A stretch of 64,000 nucleotides of DNA from Tubiluchus corallicola (lineage: Eukaryota > Animalia > Priapulida): the NCBI GenBank assembly GCA_030141605.1, contig JAQGDQ010000391.1:1-64000 (forward strand). Direction: 5' to 3'. Below, piece by piece: positions 15,320 through 28,960 of the stretch. A model generated the notes under the pieces. The model was not told the origin of the DNA. It searched no databases and was given only the letters and a program-made list of their open reading frames with translations. A program made the translations under genes and the position numbers. The number at the start of each line of letters is the position of its first letter. Position 1 is the stretch's first letter.

Positions 15320-15755
15320 ATTTATTGGACTGGGTCAGTTTCTTTCTGCTCTAGATGCAGGTCTGGTTGTGGGTCAGTTTGGTTTGTTTATGGGTCATTT
15401 GTCTGAGGCTGACCTGCCAGACATCTGGTCTCAGGCTGGTTTGTCTAGACCTGACCAGACTCCAGGCAGATCAGGTACTGACCAGACCACTGACAGATGG
15501 ATCATCCCTTAGGCTGCTCAGTCAAATATCGGACTCCAGACCAGCTGCCTACCAGACGTTTGAAAACCGGACTCCAGACAAACCAGCCCTAAACAGGGCT
15601 AGGCCTATGACAGATCAGACTCCAGACAAACCAGCCCTAGACAGGGCTAGGCCTATGACAGATCAGACTCCAGACAGACTAGCCATAAACAAAATGAATT
15701 AAGCAACAGCTGGATCCATAGGTAGAACAAAAAGAAAATGGCCCAGCTCAATAAT
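15320..15755. repeat. Foldback element with internal 48-bp tandem repeat
   Basis: TTATTGGACTGGGTCAGTTTCTTT / AAAGAAAATGGCCCAGCTCAATAA; TTTGTTTATGG / CCATAAACAAA; GGCTGGTTTGTCT / AGACAAACCAGCC. Confidence 0.6.
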
Positions 15756-15866
15756 TAGACCACGACAAAGCCTATAAACAGAGCATGACCAACGCTGCAT
15801 TAGTTTGTTACATAATGACGATTTTTGTAATGTACTTAATGCAGCATTTTTGTTACATAATGAACT

Positions 15867-16424
15867 TTATAGCAAAACCTGACCTAATCTTAAACTGTAG
15901 CTCAAAACATTCTACTCTGTAAAATATTGAAAGTAAACATACTATTTTTTCAAAAAAGACTTAAGTAAAAGAATTTTTACCACACAAACACAATTTCTCG
16001 TTCGCGCCACTAGTCAACACAACCAACGCGCCAACGCATTGCACAAAAATAGGTGCTGTACCGCTCAGTTCAGAAATGTTAGTTTCTGACGAACTACACA
16101 CGTTCCACAGTTCATGTGTGAGCACATTTAAAATTTCAATTCTTATCTTAAGCCTTGCCTAGTTTTAGTACAACACGCTAAATATCTTACAGTAGCACTG
16201 TACCTCAATTTTCGCTTTTGTAAACACCTTAACTACACGTTTATAGAATGTTTTTGTTGTTGAAAAATTATGTTCGTTTGTGATGTCGCCTGCCATTAAT
16301 TAAGACTTTAGTCTATTATTAAATTATCAGAAACGCTTAGGCGGTATTATTGGCGTTAAAATGTACACTTTTTTGGGACTTGAAAATAGGGCAGTCAATG
16401 AAAAATCATCCTGTCTTCCTTTAA
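15867..16424 (-). mobile_element. MITE family B, inverted copy
   Basis: Ends ATCATCCTGTCTTCCT-TTAA; reverse-complement homology to 41286-41919. Confidence 0.75.
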
Positions 16425-17456
16425 CAAAAGCTGGACAAGTCGGAGTTATCGTTAAAGATTCTATGCCAGAAAGGCTGTAGGCGTCTTTGCAGTAGTCCCT
16501 GTTGTATACTTAGCAATTGATGGAACTATTTTCTGATCAGTAAACACGAAATAGCTGCATTAATGCACGGATTTAACATTATTGATATAAAAATTCAAAT
16601 TGTCTGTCACAAAGCGAGACAGAATATTTGTCGTTTATGAATCTCACGGGAACGACTCTCGTTTTATTCGTCACATAGATTTTGCAGAACATTTTATTTT
16701 TATGATAATTGAGTTGCTTTCATTTTTCGAACGTTAAACATTCGTCGTGACAGAATGGCGCAGATTTTATTACAAATGCAGCAGAACTTTTAATAATGAA
16801 ATTTTGAAAAGTTTTTTATGGGAAATTTTTTTTCATGTGGTCTTGTCTGGTGGTTGACAAACGGCCTTTAAAGGACAAGTAAATGGCAAACCAAAGTAAG
16901 CCTCAGAAAATTCGCAATAAAAAATTATATCACCTAAGTACAATCTTTAGCGAATAAAGTACTCACGTTTTCGCATTTACTCCAATTTTTGTAAAATATT
17001 TCAACGGCTGCAGCAAACGTTGGCGCAGACATGTTTCATTTAGTCCGCCAATTGAAAAGCCAGCATGTGACTGATCACGTGGCATGACATCACAAGAACA
17101 CAGTCCCGTACACAACGACGTGTACTATAAAGATTTGTGTTGTGGTTCTGTGACGCCATCTAATATGGCGCCGCCGTGACAGTCTAGCGGGAGTATTTAA
17201 AATGAAAACAAGCAGGCAATTCTTTTAACGTGAATACGATAAACGCTTAAGATTGTTTTATATGCTTGTCTTATCTTATTACACTTATCTGCTTGAAACA
17301 ATTAGAAAAGAAATTTTAAAGAAAGTTCGTACTACAGACATTACTGAAATAAAGTTTGCAGACATTCGTATCAGGTGCTACAATGCACTGTATACTTTAG
17401 TAAATATTTATTGAAAAACATGGATAAGTTTTATGCGCACTACTGCATGTATGTAA

Positions 17457-18009
17457 TGAAAGGAAGACCAGACGATTGTTTAGACTCAATCTCATTTTAA
17501 TTTACTGTCCAAAATATATTTTTTGTTGCCTTTAAAAGTTAGTAACTGTTCCTTATATTTGACTAATTAGTTTAGAAAGTTAATTAACGGCAACCGAACA
17601 CAGCAACAGAAACGTCAGAAACTAACCACAGTTTGTGCAATGACAGGCGTCTTCCCTTGCGCGTCAAGCGCATTTGCATAAGTGTTACAGTACTACTTAA
17701 ACGCATGATGTCACGAAAAATGGGCTTTACATCATATGACGTCAGAAGCTAACACTGCAGTTCATGGTCATTTGCTTATCACGGTATCGCCTTCTACTTG
17801 TCGGTCACGTGACAAAAAAGTGCCGCTGCCAACCTTAGTAGATTTACTGAGCCGCGCGTAACTTCGAAAGTTTAACGAAATTTGAGTATGCGAGATAATT
17901 ATGTACTATTTAATCTAAGCTTGATTAAAAAAAGCTATTGTAGTTTTCAATATTCAGAGCATTCTTTATTCTTAACTAATGTTTACACAATCGTCCGGTT
18001 TTCCTTTAA
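17457..18009 (-). mobile_element. Kolobok-type MITE, family A (inverted, internally deleted)
   Basis: AGGAAGACCAGACGATTGTTTA ... ACAATCGTCCGGTTTTCCT-TTAA; reverse-complement homology to 9482-10145. Confidence 0.85.
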
Positions 18010-18716
18010 CAGTGATAACTGCAGCTTTATTTCATATAATTATGCATGAAGTGTACTTACGTGTTAAAACTGTATTGTACTTCTGCAAATGGAGAACAAA
18101 TTCGATTTATTATTATATATATTATTGGTTGGACATTTTCTTTAATCTACTCTAATAAAATTTAGATCAAACCAAAACACTCAGTAGCCGGATATGCTGA
18201 ACGTTGCTGTTTGTAACGAGACTGGAACTTCGTTCATTATCTACATTTTCCCTCTAAGTTGAGCCACCGAACCGACAGGAGTGTTTCGGCCACATTCGAA
18301 CGCTCGTATACGAGCTAAAAGTCCGGAATTACAGAACGTAGGTAATGAAGATTGAAGGCAAATGTTCTAGCGACAAAAACTATTCAAACCCGTAAAAGGC
18401 TAAAATTTAGGGCGCCTTCCCAATTTCGCGGTCATTATGGATTAACTTGTGAGAAACTGAATGAAGCACATCTCAGGGGAGAAGTTCAGAGAGTTTCACG
18501 GACGGATCAAAAGCAATGGAAGCCACGCATGTTATCGGCATGACAACATGCGTTACCAGCCTTGGGGAGTCGTAGGGGGCAGCACACATCTCCGAGGTTT
18601 CCTATGCGGTCGAGTGCACACCAAAAAATTTTAAAATCAGCTGTGGAACTTTCTACCTGTAACTATGAGAACCACAGCTGATTTTAAATTTTTTAGATAG
18701 ACAAATGGCAACCTAC

Positions 18717-19067
18717 TGGTGATGATCGCAAAAAGGTCAAAGGTTAAGAATACTAGACAACGCATTTGTGTACACTTGACAACGCCTCGCAGCCCATGCT
18801 GTTGTAATAGTAATTGTTTTAACAGTTAGCTAGAACCTTATCTAGTTCATTTTTTCTAGTTCTCGAGCAAGATCCTGCTAGCAAGTTAACGCATAACTGA
18901 GTAAAGTCCGCGTACAACAAGTGAAGTTACTGAACTGATGCAGCAAACGGCTTGCTTTATTCACATGTCACGTGATAGTTGTATAGTCAAGATGCTCTAC
19001 TGTGGTACACTTAACCTTTGGCCTACAGCAGCTGCGCGTGCGCACAACGAAACTGTGAAAAGGCTTA
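18717..19067 (+). mobile_element. MITE family E (left end missing)
   Basis: Homologous to 37362-37705 (AAAAGGTCAAAGGTTAAG, CTTGACAACGCCTCGCAGCCCATGCT, GCGCGTGCGCACAACGAAACTG). Confidence 0.75.
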
Positions 19068-19664
19068 TTTCTGTCAACCAGTTATTAACTTATTTACAGT
19101 TCATGTGGTTGAACTTTAATAATAATTATTTGCTTTTTCAGTAAATCGAAAATTTGATGAACAGGTTAGCGTCCGAAGTTCAATGAAGCCAGTTTACTCG
19201 GTTTACCGTAAGCCAAAAGCTTGCCATGCTTGTTGCGTGCATTGATTGTAGACCCTAAGGCTGGTTGATGAGGTGCTTAATATAATAACACTGACTGTTT
19301 GTCTAGTTATTATGTCTAAATAATCGTAATTATCTGACTGTGGCTGAAGTGTTATCGATGTTAAATGCTGTACGTAGTGTACGTACAACTTTAAGATTGT
19401 GCGGCAACTAACTGGCTTCTTTATATGCAATGTTGTTTTTTAATTCAATTCAATTCAATTTCAATTCAGTTTATTTAGCTCACATCAATAGTATATCATA
19501 GTAACATACATTTTGCGTACGTGTTATTTAAGAGTTACATACAATCATGCTGTTTAAGAGTTACTGCTGCAACGGTTGCTGTATGCCTTCGATAATTGGT
19601 AATAATTGTGTAATAAAGTAGGCTGCGTCTTGTATACAAAAACGGTATCAGAAAACTGATTCGC

Positions 19665-20327
19665 TTAAAGGAAGACCGGACGATTGTTGAGACTTTTTTT
19701 TTAAATTTTAATTTACTGTCCAAAATATACATTTTCTTGCCTATAAAAGTTAACAATTGTTCCGTATATTTGAATAATTAGCTTACAAAGTTAATTAACG
19801 GCAACCGAACACAGCTATTGCTTACGTAAGAAACTAACCACAGTTTGTGCAATGGCAGGCATCTTCCCTTGCGCATGAAGCACGTTTGCGTAGATGTTAC
19901 TGCTTAAACGCGTGATGTCACGAAAATGCGCTCTACGTCATATTACTTCGTGAACTAACACTGCAGTTCATGATCAAGAATTTATTTTTACTTCGTCACT
20001 TTAAAAAAAAACTTACATACGAATATCGTTTCCATAAAGGCCCTAGATGCTAGTTACAGTAAAAATACAGAAAAATAAGACAACACATTAAATAGTCATG
20101 ATCATGGTTATCACGGTACCGCCTTCTATTTGTGGACCACGTGAATGTGACAAAAAGGCGCCGTTGCCAATCTTAGTAGATTCACTGAGCCGCGCGTAGC
20201 TTTGAAAGTTTAACGAAATTTGAGTATTCGAGGTAATTATTATTTAATCTAAGCTTCGATTTAAAATAAGTTATTGTAGTTTTCAGTATTTTAGAGCATT
20301 CTTTATTCTGAACTAATGTTTACACAA
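19665..20327 (-). mobile_element. Kolobok-type MITE, family A (inverted, one TIR truncated)
   Basis: TTAA-AGGAAGACCGGACGATTG start; long near-identical reverse-complement match to 9505-10120. Confidence 0.85.
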
Positions 20328-20405
20328 GTTATTTATACGCACCTTTGAAACCATCCATTTCTGGAATCTTAAGCTTGTAGCTGACTCTTGTCAGTTCTTA
20401 CCCCT

Positions 20406-20408
<3 letters not shown>

Positions 20409-20483
<75 letters not shown>

Positions 20484-20515
20484 TCTCCCTCTCTCCCTCT
20501 CTCTGTCTCTCTTTC
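20409..20515. repeat. (CT)n microsatellite
   Basis: Direct inspection. Confidence 0.95.
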
Positions 20516-21639
20516 TCATGTATCTCTCGGACTAATGTATTGGCGAGACTGCAAGTTACTGAAACGTGAGACACTAAGAGATGATGGAGACCTCCGTTAA
20601 CGGCGTAACTGCTATGTTATCAAATACGAGCACCTTGAGCCCTCCTGCATAACTGTGGTAATCCTGTAGATTATTTTAATACCCCTGTCTTGATTCAGCA
20701 ATGATTTCTGAAAAGATCTCTGTTTTGCGTTGCTAAGATGTGGAAAATATTGTTCTAAATTTCATTTAAGATGTACAATAACCACAAGAATCGTGCTTTT
20801 GTACTAGACTGAATCAGAATTCACAAGCTAATGCCAAACAACCATTAATTATCTGTAAAAACAAATAAAACGTTAATTTGAGGCCATCGTAATTGTTAAT
20901 ATTGAACAGCAGGGTAGCAGAAATTGAAAAGAGGTAAAGGGGGTTACCAAAATTGTAAACTAATTAATCATATTAATTACATAAAGCGAACCGAGCACTT
21001 TGTAAGAATACCTAAGAATGCAGGGGCTTCAATTGCCGGGATATTTCCTACAACACGTCGCATGGCTTCATCTCAATCCTCGCTATTTAACTGTGCAGTT
21101 TGACAACACAATACAGTTCAACGTTGGATGAATGTTCGTGCCATCCATCTCTGTCAGTGAACGCTGCGTGTAATCAAAGTTGCTGACCGGAAATCGTGCG
21201 TTCAACGCTTTCTAACATTGGGCGTTTCCGGTGCGAGTACTTTTGTGAAATTCAGCTTGGAACGAGGCTGGGTTCAAGATTCGTAGACCACATATACTTA
21301 TAGCTTAAGGCATTTTCGTGCAAAATTGGGTAGGCTCCTAATAGTACATGCAACTGCTTAATAAGCCCTCAATCTGTACACTTATTATTTGAAAGTACAC
21401 AGTAAACCAAGCCAAAAGAAATGATTTCATTAGCACTCTGCCTACGTTAAATTCGGACTACTTTTTCCCTAGCCGAGATAATAATACTACGAATGTTTTT
21501 GCAAATCTTATCTAAGATGAATTCCTATCGTCTTTCGCCAGTATGTAAATAGCCTGTTGGTTATGAAATTGTACAACTCACGTCGTGTTTTCTATATGCT
21601 GTTTTGTTTTTATTTATGATTATGTGTAATTAGTTTAAA

Positions 21640-22180
21640 CATAATTTATTTAGGTTTGGATCAGACAGTTTAAACAACATGATTTAGGATCCTCACCACA
21701 ACAGACTTTATACACTATTTACAAGAACATTTGTAAGAATAGACTATAACTACACAAGCTGACAAGTTTTACATTAGACATTAGTAGAAAATGACGGTTA
21801 GAAAATATTAATGTACGATTATTTATGACTGATGCATTTTATATCAGAAACTACTGGAGGCGTTTAGTACGTAATATAAAGTCATGTATACATTGGAATA
21901 TTTTACAGTTAGCAACACAGTTAAATTCATCTTTTCCGAATAATAACAACTTCAACAGATCATCATTTCCTAAGGCAGCTATATTAAGGTTTTCGGGCAG
22001 AAGTATTTCATTTAATTTATCAAACATAACGACCCTAGTTAGTTGATACAATGGGCAGTGCAACAAAAAGTGTTCAACAGACTCAAATCGAAATCCGTAG
22101 TTACAATTCGGCAATATTGGATGAACGTTATTATCTGTAATTGCATTAGAGTTGATAATTACATTTATTATAATTGTACT
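21640..22180 (-). mobile_element. 5'-truncated LINE (CR1/L2-group-like) 3' end
   Basis: CNYGFRFESVEHFLLHCPLY...LLLFG...NCKIFQCIHDFILRTKRL resembles a LINE ORF2 C-terminus; followed by an AT-rich 3'UTR. Confidence 0.75.
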
Positions 22181-22741
22181 TGGTGCAGAGTAAAGTCCAA
22201 ATCGATAAACTAAAGTTAAAGAAACCAAGGTTTTATTCTGTTGAGAAAAATATCACAACCATATTAGTGGAAGCAACGAAGTACTGAACCGAACAGAACT
22301 AAAAAGGGCCTAATAAAAAACTGGCTTCGCTTATATATAAGTGAATTCCTCAAACAGGGGCGCAGCGTGTCAAACGCTTCACGTGAGTACTCGTTGTTCT
22401 TCACTGTGTATAATAGGTTTAGATGTTGTTACTATGTATTAAAATATGTTCGTTATCTTTTATTATGTATGTATGTTGTGATGGAGTATAATTAGTAACT
22501 ATGTCTATTGTATATGATCGTTGTCGTTCATTGTGTCTCATGCGTTAGATTCTAAATTATATATATGTATGTGAATAGGTTTAATACGTTGTAAATGTTT
22601 TTAGAAATTTTAAACATATCCCTACAAATAGAGGGAATGTATTCTGTACATAGTTTTTAAAAAATAAAGAATTATAATAAAACCATTAATATAGCTTACC
22701 CGAATTCAAACTGTTTAAGTTGTTCCGGAAGAAAATAACAG

Positions 22742-23363
22742 TTAACCCTTATAGTGTCACGATTTTTTACAAAAGATTTTGGTAACGGGGGGGGGGGTAA
22801 ACAATTACCCCCACCATAATTCGTAAATTACTTTTGATAAACCGTCGTGTTTCATTAGTAAACAGCAACAGCATAATTTGTGGTTAAGCTGACCACCATA
22901 GGATACATTATACCTCTGCTTAAAGACATTTGACTCACTAGTAACACGAAATTTAAATTCCCTTAATTACGTTCCCTTATCTATGCTGGAATAACTGAGA
23001 CAACCGACATTGCTAGCGCGTGTGCAAAAATCATTGTTATTTTGAATTCGATCTGATTGTCTTTGTAGTTGTGAGTAGACTAGTTCTACGTCAGCATACA
23101 GACGTCTGACATTTTGTTTTGTCAGATACATCGCCCGTATAATGTATAGACAAGCAAAGCAAAAAACGACATATTGCTTTTTCACTTTTATTTCGTGGTG
23201 AGGCAATGCGCCTAAAATAAATAACTGAAAGTATTTTGTGCACAAAACATATTTAGAAAAAGTCATAGAAAAGGTTTACTGGGATGCGTATGGTGAAAGG
23301 GTAAAATGCAAAAAAACAGTCTAGGGGTAATTTTTTACCCCCCGGTGACCCTATGATGGTTAA
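22742..23363. mobile_element. piggyBac-type MITE
   Basis: TTAA-CCCTTATAGTGTCAC ... GTGACCCTATGATGG-TTAA; subterminal palindromes GGGGTAA(n)TTACCCC near both ends. Confidence 0.72.
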
Positions 23364-23708
23364 TTAAATTAGAAATTTACACTATGAATAACACATTCTT
23401 AAAACCGACCCAAATAATGCCATTCGAGAGAAAACTCAAAAGTAACAAATTACACATTAAAACAAACATGCAACAGACTTGGCTCTTAAAAACTGTTGTT
23501 TAAACGTTTAAATTAATAAAATTTTTAAAAATTTAAGTAAGTTTATGTTTAAATTGATTAAACCAGTCTAGAAAGTGATTATTATTTCATATTCGAAATT
23601 GTGCAGTTTAGTCTCTTTTTAATTTATCTCAGGTTTTTATTTGACGTAGCTTGGATGACTCATTTGCGTTACACGATTTTTGTCACCTTTGAGACTTTAG
23701 TAAGTAAG

Positions 23709-23833
23709 CAGGGCCTATTTCGGGGGGTGGGGGAAAGTGGGGATACTTACCCGGGGCCTCACCCTCCAGGGGGGCCTCGCGCCAAGGTAACATTTTGTTT
23801 GCTTTATGCGAACATACTGCCTCCTCTCTCCCT

Positions 23834-23908
<75 letters not shown>

Positions 23909-24073
23909 CCGCACGTGCGCCGTTTGCCTATAACTCCATATTTTCTCTTCGAAAATGCTTCTCCGGCGTTCTAGCAGTTCAAAAATTTTCTGGGCTGGTT
24001 GGCGTCCACCCCCGGCACTTCGACCCCCCCCCAACACGCCCCACGGGCCTCGCTTAGGGTGAAATAGGCCCTG
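23709..24073. mobile_element. hAT-type MITE with internal (CT)n
   Basis: Perfect 13-bp TIR CAGGGCCTATTTC / GAAATAGGCCCTG; perfect 8-bp TSD TAAGTAAG. Confidence 0.9.
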
Positions 24074-24182
24074 TAAGTAAGAAGTCAAAGCTTCTTTAAG
24101 CCCCAGTAAAACAAACTGCCAAAGTACCCTTCCACATTATAAGCAATCGACAACTAAAGTAAATTCTTTATAACATGACCAA

Positions 24183-24382
24183 TATCCGTTTCATAAACAA
24201 CCCACTATATAATACATTTTGCACATTTTCGTTAGGAAAATCTAATCTTTCCACTGCACACCCAGCATTCATCTTCGGGAAATGTACAGCATTTCTTGGC
24301 GATGACTGCTAGTGTGCAGTGCAAATTTTGGATTTTTCTAATAAAAATGTAATCAAATGTAGTGGGTTGTTTATGAGACGAA
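24183..24382. mobile_element. ~200-bp palindromic MITE (family F)
   Basis: CGTTTCATAAACAACCCACTA / TAGTGGGTTGTTTATGAGACG; self-complementary along most of its length; second copy at 25986. Confidence 0.8.
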
Positions 24383-24389
24383 ACTCCGT

Positions 24390-24999
24390 CAGTGGCGGTC
24401 CGTAGTTAAAATTAGTGGGGGGTGCTGCTTCAGAAAATTTTTAGCCATTGTTTCAATACTGTGCAAAACGTAACAAACATGTGTAATTTTAATGTTGTAG
24501 TTATATCTGAAGATCAGGTGTTGAACGGTCTCTTTTCTTAAGTGCAACTTTCTTCTGGAGAGACAACTGTGAAAAATTAAGCTGTTGTAGTTCACTTACA
24601 GTCACAGAACTTATTTCTTGGAGATGCAAGGCGTCCGTTATCAAATAATTTACGTTTTAAGCATACACGCTAAGTTTACACTTTATCATATCCAAGAATA
24701 TGACGGTACACTGTAAACACGTGGCAATTGATTCTGCGATAGAGACAGTACTTTTCTACCTAGCAGTAGACGCTAGCGTATATCGTGTTATCTCAGACAT
24801 GTGCGCATGGCCGCATGCGCACAACAGTCAAACACCACATTGGGCTGTGAAGCAAATTGTACTACCCTCACGTGCTCCGGTTCCATACAAGTATAAAGAA
24901 AGAACTAAAGAAAAAAGATTTATATTGAATATTATCGATAATAATGAGTGAAAACAGGGGTGCTGCAGTACCACAATACCTATACACGATCCGCCACTG
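24390..24999. mobile_element. hAT-type MITE
   Basis: TIR CAGTGGCGG / CCGCCACTG; TSD AACTCCGT / AACTCCAT (7 of 8). Confidence 0.8.
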
Positions 25000-25985
25000 A
25001 ACTCCATAGCTGTTTTTTCTATAGTATGTAAGAACTTAGCAGCGATAGGGCATATTTAATAACGATAGTTGTGGAAGGATCGGAACATTGCGAAGGTTAA
25101 TCACTGTCAAACCTCCATGTCGATTCAGTACAGTACGTACGTGAAACCTACAACACTTTCTGCAAATAGCTACTTTCCACAATGGTAAGCAGAAACCCTA
25201 CCCCTTAGGCAGATTCATCCCACTAATTCTATTCTGAGCTACTTCCAACTAATTGCATTTTGGGACACACTCGTGACGTCAGTGAATCTGCAAACCATGT
25301 CAGGTGGTACAATAATTGTTCTGCTTGGTTGACATTTAAAGCCTTTTACAGAAAAATAAGTGGCATTTATCCTACCTGTGAGTCTTAATTAGACTGTTAT
25401 CCGTTTTTCGAATCAGGAATAACAAGCAAGAACCGACGAGTTAACTTAACTCTCCTTGATTTAGCACAGAATGCCGTGTTCTAGGTAACTTTCTGTTTAC
25501 TTACTTTATAACTATCATAGGTAAATTATAAATGAATAACAACAAATATAAATTATAGAGTCGTGGTCACATTTACATTGCGTTTACATCTTTAGTAAAA
25601 TTCTGCCCACAAAGGTGTGAAGTAACTGTTCGCAAAAGTGCTGTATTTTTATGTGACGTTTCGTGAATTTTTTTCGAATTTTCAGCCTATACAGGCCTGT
25701 GGAGGAACATTTTTGCTCGGGTTAACTGCACTGAAAGAGAATTTCATTCACGCTTCAAAAACCATAAAAATATACCACAATTACGCATTAATTAACAGCC
25801 CTAAGCGTTCGTGTTTCCAGGCGGAAATATGGCGACAAACTGCTGATAGAATTTAGGCCAACCTGGACTAAGTTCTTTGTGGTAAAGCACCAGAGACTCT
25901 TTGCCGTTTTCTCACCATCAATTACAATGTAATTGTGAAAGAGGTAAATAAAAGTTTTTAAACACTTCATAACAAGAGCAGTAAA

Positions 25986-26188
25986 CGTTTCATAAACAGC
26001 TCACTGTATCATACATTTTGTTACTTTTTTCCAGGAAAATACAACGCTTCCACTGCACACCTATCAGTCACCTTCAGGAATGTACAGTATTTCCTAAAGA
26101 TGACTGTTAGCCAGCAGTGGAAACGTTGGATTTTCCTAACAAAATATAACAAAATGTATTGTATAGTGGTTTGTTTATGAAACGGATA
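25986..26188. mobile_element. ~200-bp palindromic MITE (family F)
   Basis: CGTTTCATAAACA / TGTTTATGAAACG; homologous to 24183-24382. Confidence 0.8.
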
Positions 26189-26806
26189 TTGTTCTTGTAA
26201 TAATCGTTCCTAAAATGATTAATTATGAATAGCAAACTCAGTAAGTAATCTTTAATCATTAATCATCAATCATTACCATTAATGACACCTAATCATCAAT
26301 CATCATCGTCATAATCTTGAAGCCGAATCTTCTCTTTACAACCGAATCTCACAAATACATACCTACTAAATTAGCAGGTGTTGTATTTAATTGGCAGCAA
26401 CCTGTGCAAGCAGACCTGAAACTGATAACCATATTACACAATACTGCACAGCATAGTCCCATCCATCAATATTCTAATTCATTCATTCAGACACCTTGTC
26501 CACAACACTAGAGTGCAGTAAATGTAAATGTAATATAGCAATGATTGCCATGTATCAAGTTGTTTTCAGCTGTTACGTTATGACCATATTATGTGATGCT
26601 CAGATACTAAAATAACGGTTCAGATGAAACGATTGTAGCCCATGGCTCTTGAGGAAGAGATGCCTGATAACTACAGCAATATACAATTGTTTTGTTAAGC
26701 ACTGAGTTTATTATACAGATAAAAGTAGTCTAGTTGTGTGCAACGTCGAAATGTATGTTGGCCTACTACTGTACTTAGTATTTAAAAGCATTTCTTTACC
26801 TCGTTT

Positions 26807-27368
26807 TCGAGTCCGATAAAAAATGTACATTTTAACACAATTAATACTGCAAAAACATTTCTGCTAATCAAATTATAGATTAAAATCTTGATTAACGGCG
26901 GACGAGCTCAACTATTGATGACATCACGAACTAACATAATTTCCAACAGTGTTGCACGTATTTGCGAAAGTGAAAATTGAAGTACAGTGCTACTGTAAGG
27001 TGTTCAGTGTATTGTACTAAAACTAGTCAAGTTTTAAAACAAAAATTCAAATTTCAAATTTACCGCTGTGCTCACGCATGAGCTGTCGAACGTGTGCAGT
27101 TGTCACAAACTAACACATCGGAACTGAGAGGTACAACACTTCTTTTTTGTGCAATACGTTTCTGAAATGACGGTGCTAGTGCCCGTCTAGCTAGCGAATG
27201 ATGTAATGCATGTAACAGCGAAGAACTAGTGGCGCGAACGCTAAATTATGTTTGCGTGGTAATAATTCTTTCACGTAAGTCATTTTTGAAAAAATAGTAT
27301 GTTTCCTATCAATATTTTAAAGAGTAGAATGTTTTGAAAGTTTAAGATTGGCTCCGGTGTTGCTTCAA
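26807..27368 (+). mobile_element. MITE family B, left end missing
   Basis: Shared AAATTGAAGTACAGTGCTACTGTAAG, GCATGAGCTGTCGAACGTG, TCTTTCACGTAAGTCATTTTTGAAAAAA blocks. Confidence 0.78.
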
Positions 27369-27381
27369 AGATATATGAAAA

Positions 27382-27528
<147 letters not shown>

Positions 27529-27867
27529 TTTGAAGTAAAACACATTACAACCTGATAGTGTAGTTTTCTAACATGCTGTACCAAATACCCAATGTCTGAA
27601 TGAGCATCAAACAAACAATGGCGTCCAATTGTGTTGAAAATATTTTCAATTTTAAATTCAAATTTGTAAGAAAAAGTTACGCAGCTAACTCAGAAAGTTG
27701 ATACGAAAAACTATGCAATGGCATCCACAACTACTGGAGATAGTGATTAATAAATGAATGACGTAAATATAATAAGTGGATAAAGAAAAACAAGAAGAAA
27801 AAGAAGATGAACAAAAAAAGAAAAATGCATTAAACAACACTAGAGGAAAAATAAAAATAAAGCAGAA

Positions 27868-28198
<331 letters not shown>

Positions 28199-28671
28199 AG
28201 CAAAGATAAGCAAGGATAAGAAAAAAGAGAAAAAAGAAACTAAAAAGGGATCTGCAAACCTTTCTTACCTTTCAATGGAAAAGCACACAGAGGAAGCCAG
28301 TTTTAACTATCTTCGCTTTGAATCACTGAAAACCCAGATACGTGCGCATCACACAAACTAGTCAACCTTCTCCAGACGAAACTCACAGACCAGTTATAAG
28401 ACAAATTTCATTTAAAACTATCGTACAAGGAAATAAAAACACATCATCATAATTAAATGGCACAGCGTGTTTTTGACCGATATAAATATTACACTAAGAT
28501 CATTTAAATTTTAAACTTTCATTTCTAAACTAGAATTCGTCTAGCTTTCCCTTCCTATCCTCAAGAAAGGTAGTATGTGGCATCATTTGCGACGCATGCG
28601 CAATGGAGATTTGGATTGAAGTCACGCTTCTGTGGCGTTTCATACAAGACTGATCAATAATACCCAAGTGT

Positions 28672-28960
28672 TTAAAGGACAAGAAAAGGGGTACCTGATG
28701 TAGGTTTCAGAAAAATCGCCTTAAAAATTATATTACTTTATAGCAATTTTATGCGTATATCGTACTTGCGTTGAAAGGAATTTTCATTTGTTTGTTTTCA
28801 TTTTAAATCTCCCGCGACACTGTACATACCGCGCCATTACATGACGTCATATATGCACAACGTAAATCACGCGAAGAAAAGAGAATGTTGAATTACGTCT
28901 CAAAAAATTTCCATGCAAAATTATGTCACTCAGCATTTCGCTTACCTGCTTGAAAGACTA
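28672..28960 (+). mobile_element. Kolobok-type MITE family C end (related pieces at 16868, 38060-38400, 39445-39704, 47860-48165)
   Basis: TTAA-AGGACAAGAAAAGGGGTACCTGA; reverse complement at 39704; shared TTTATAGCAATTTTATGCGTATATC. Confidence 0.65.
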
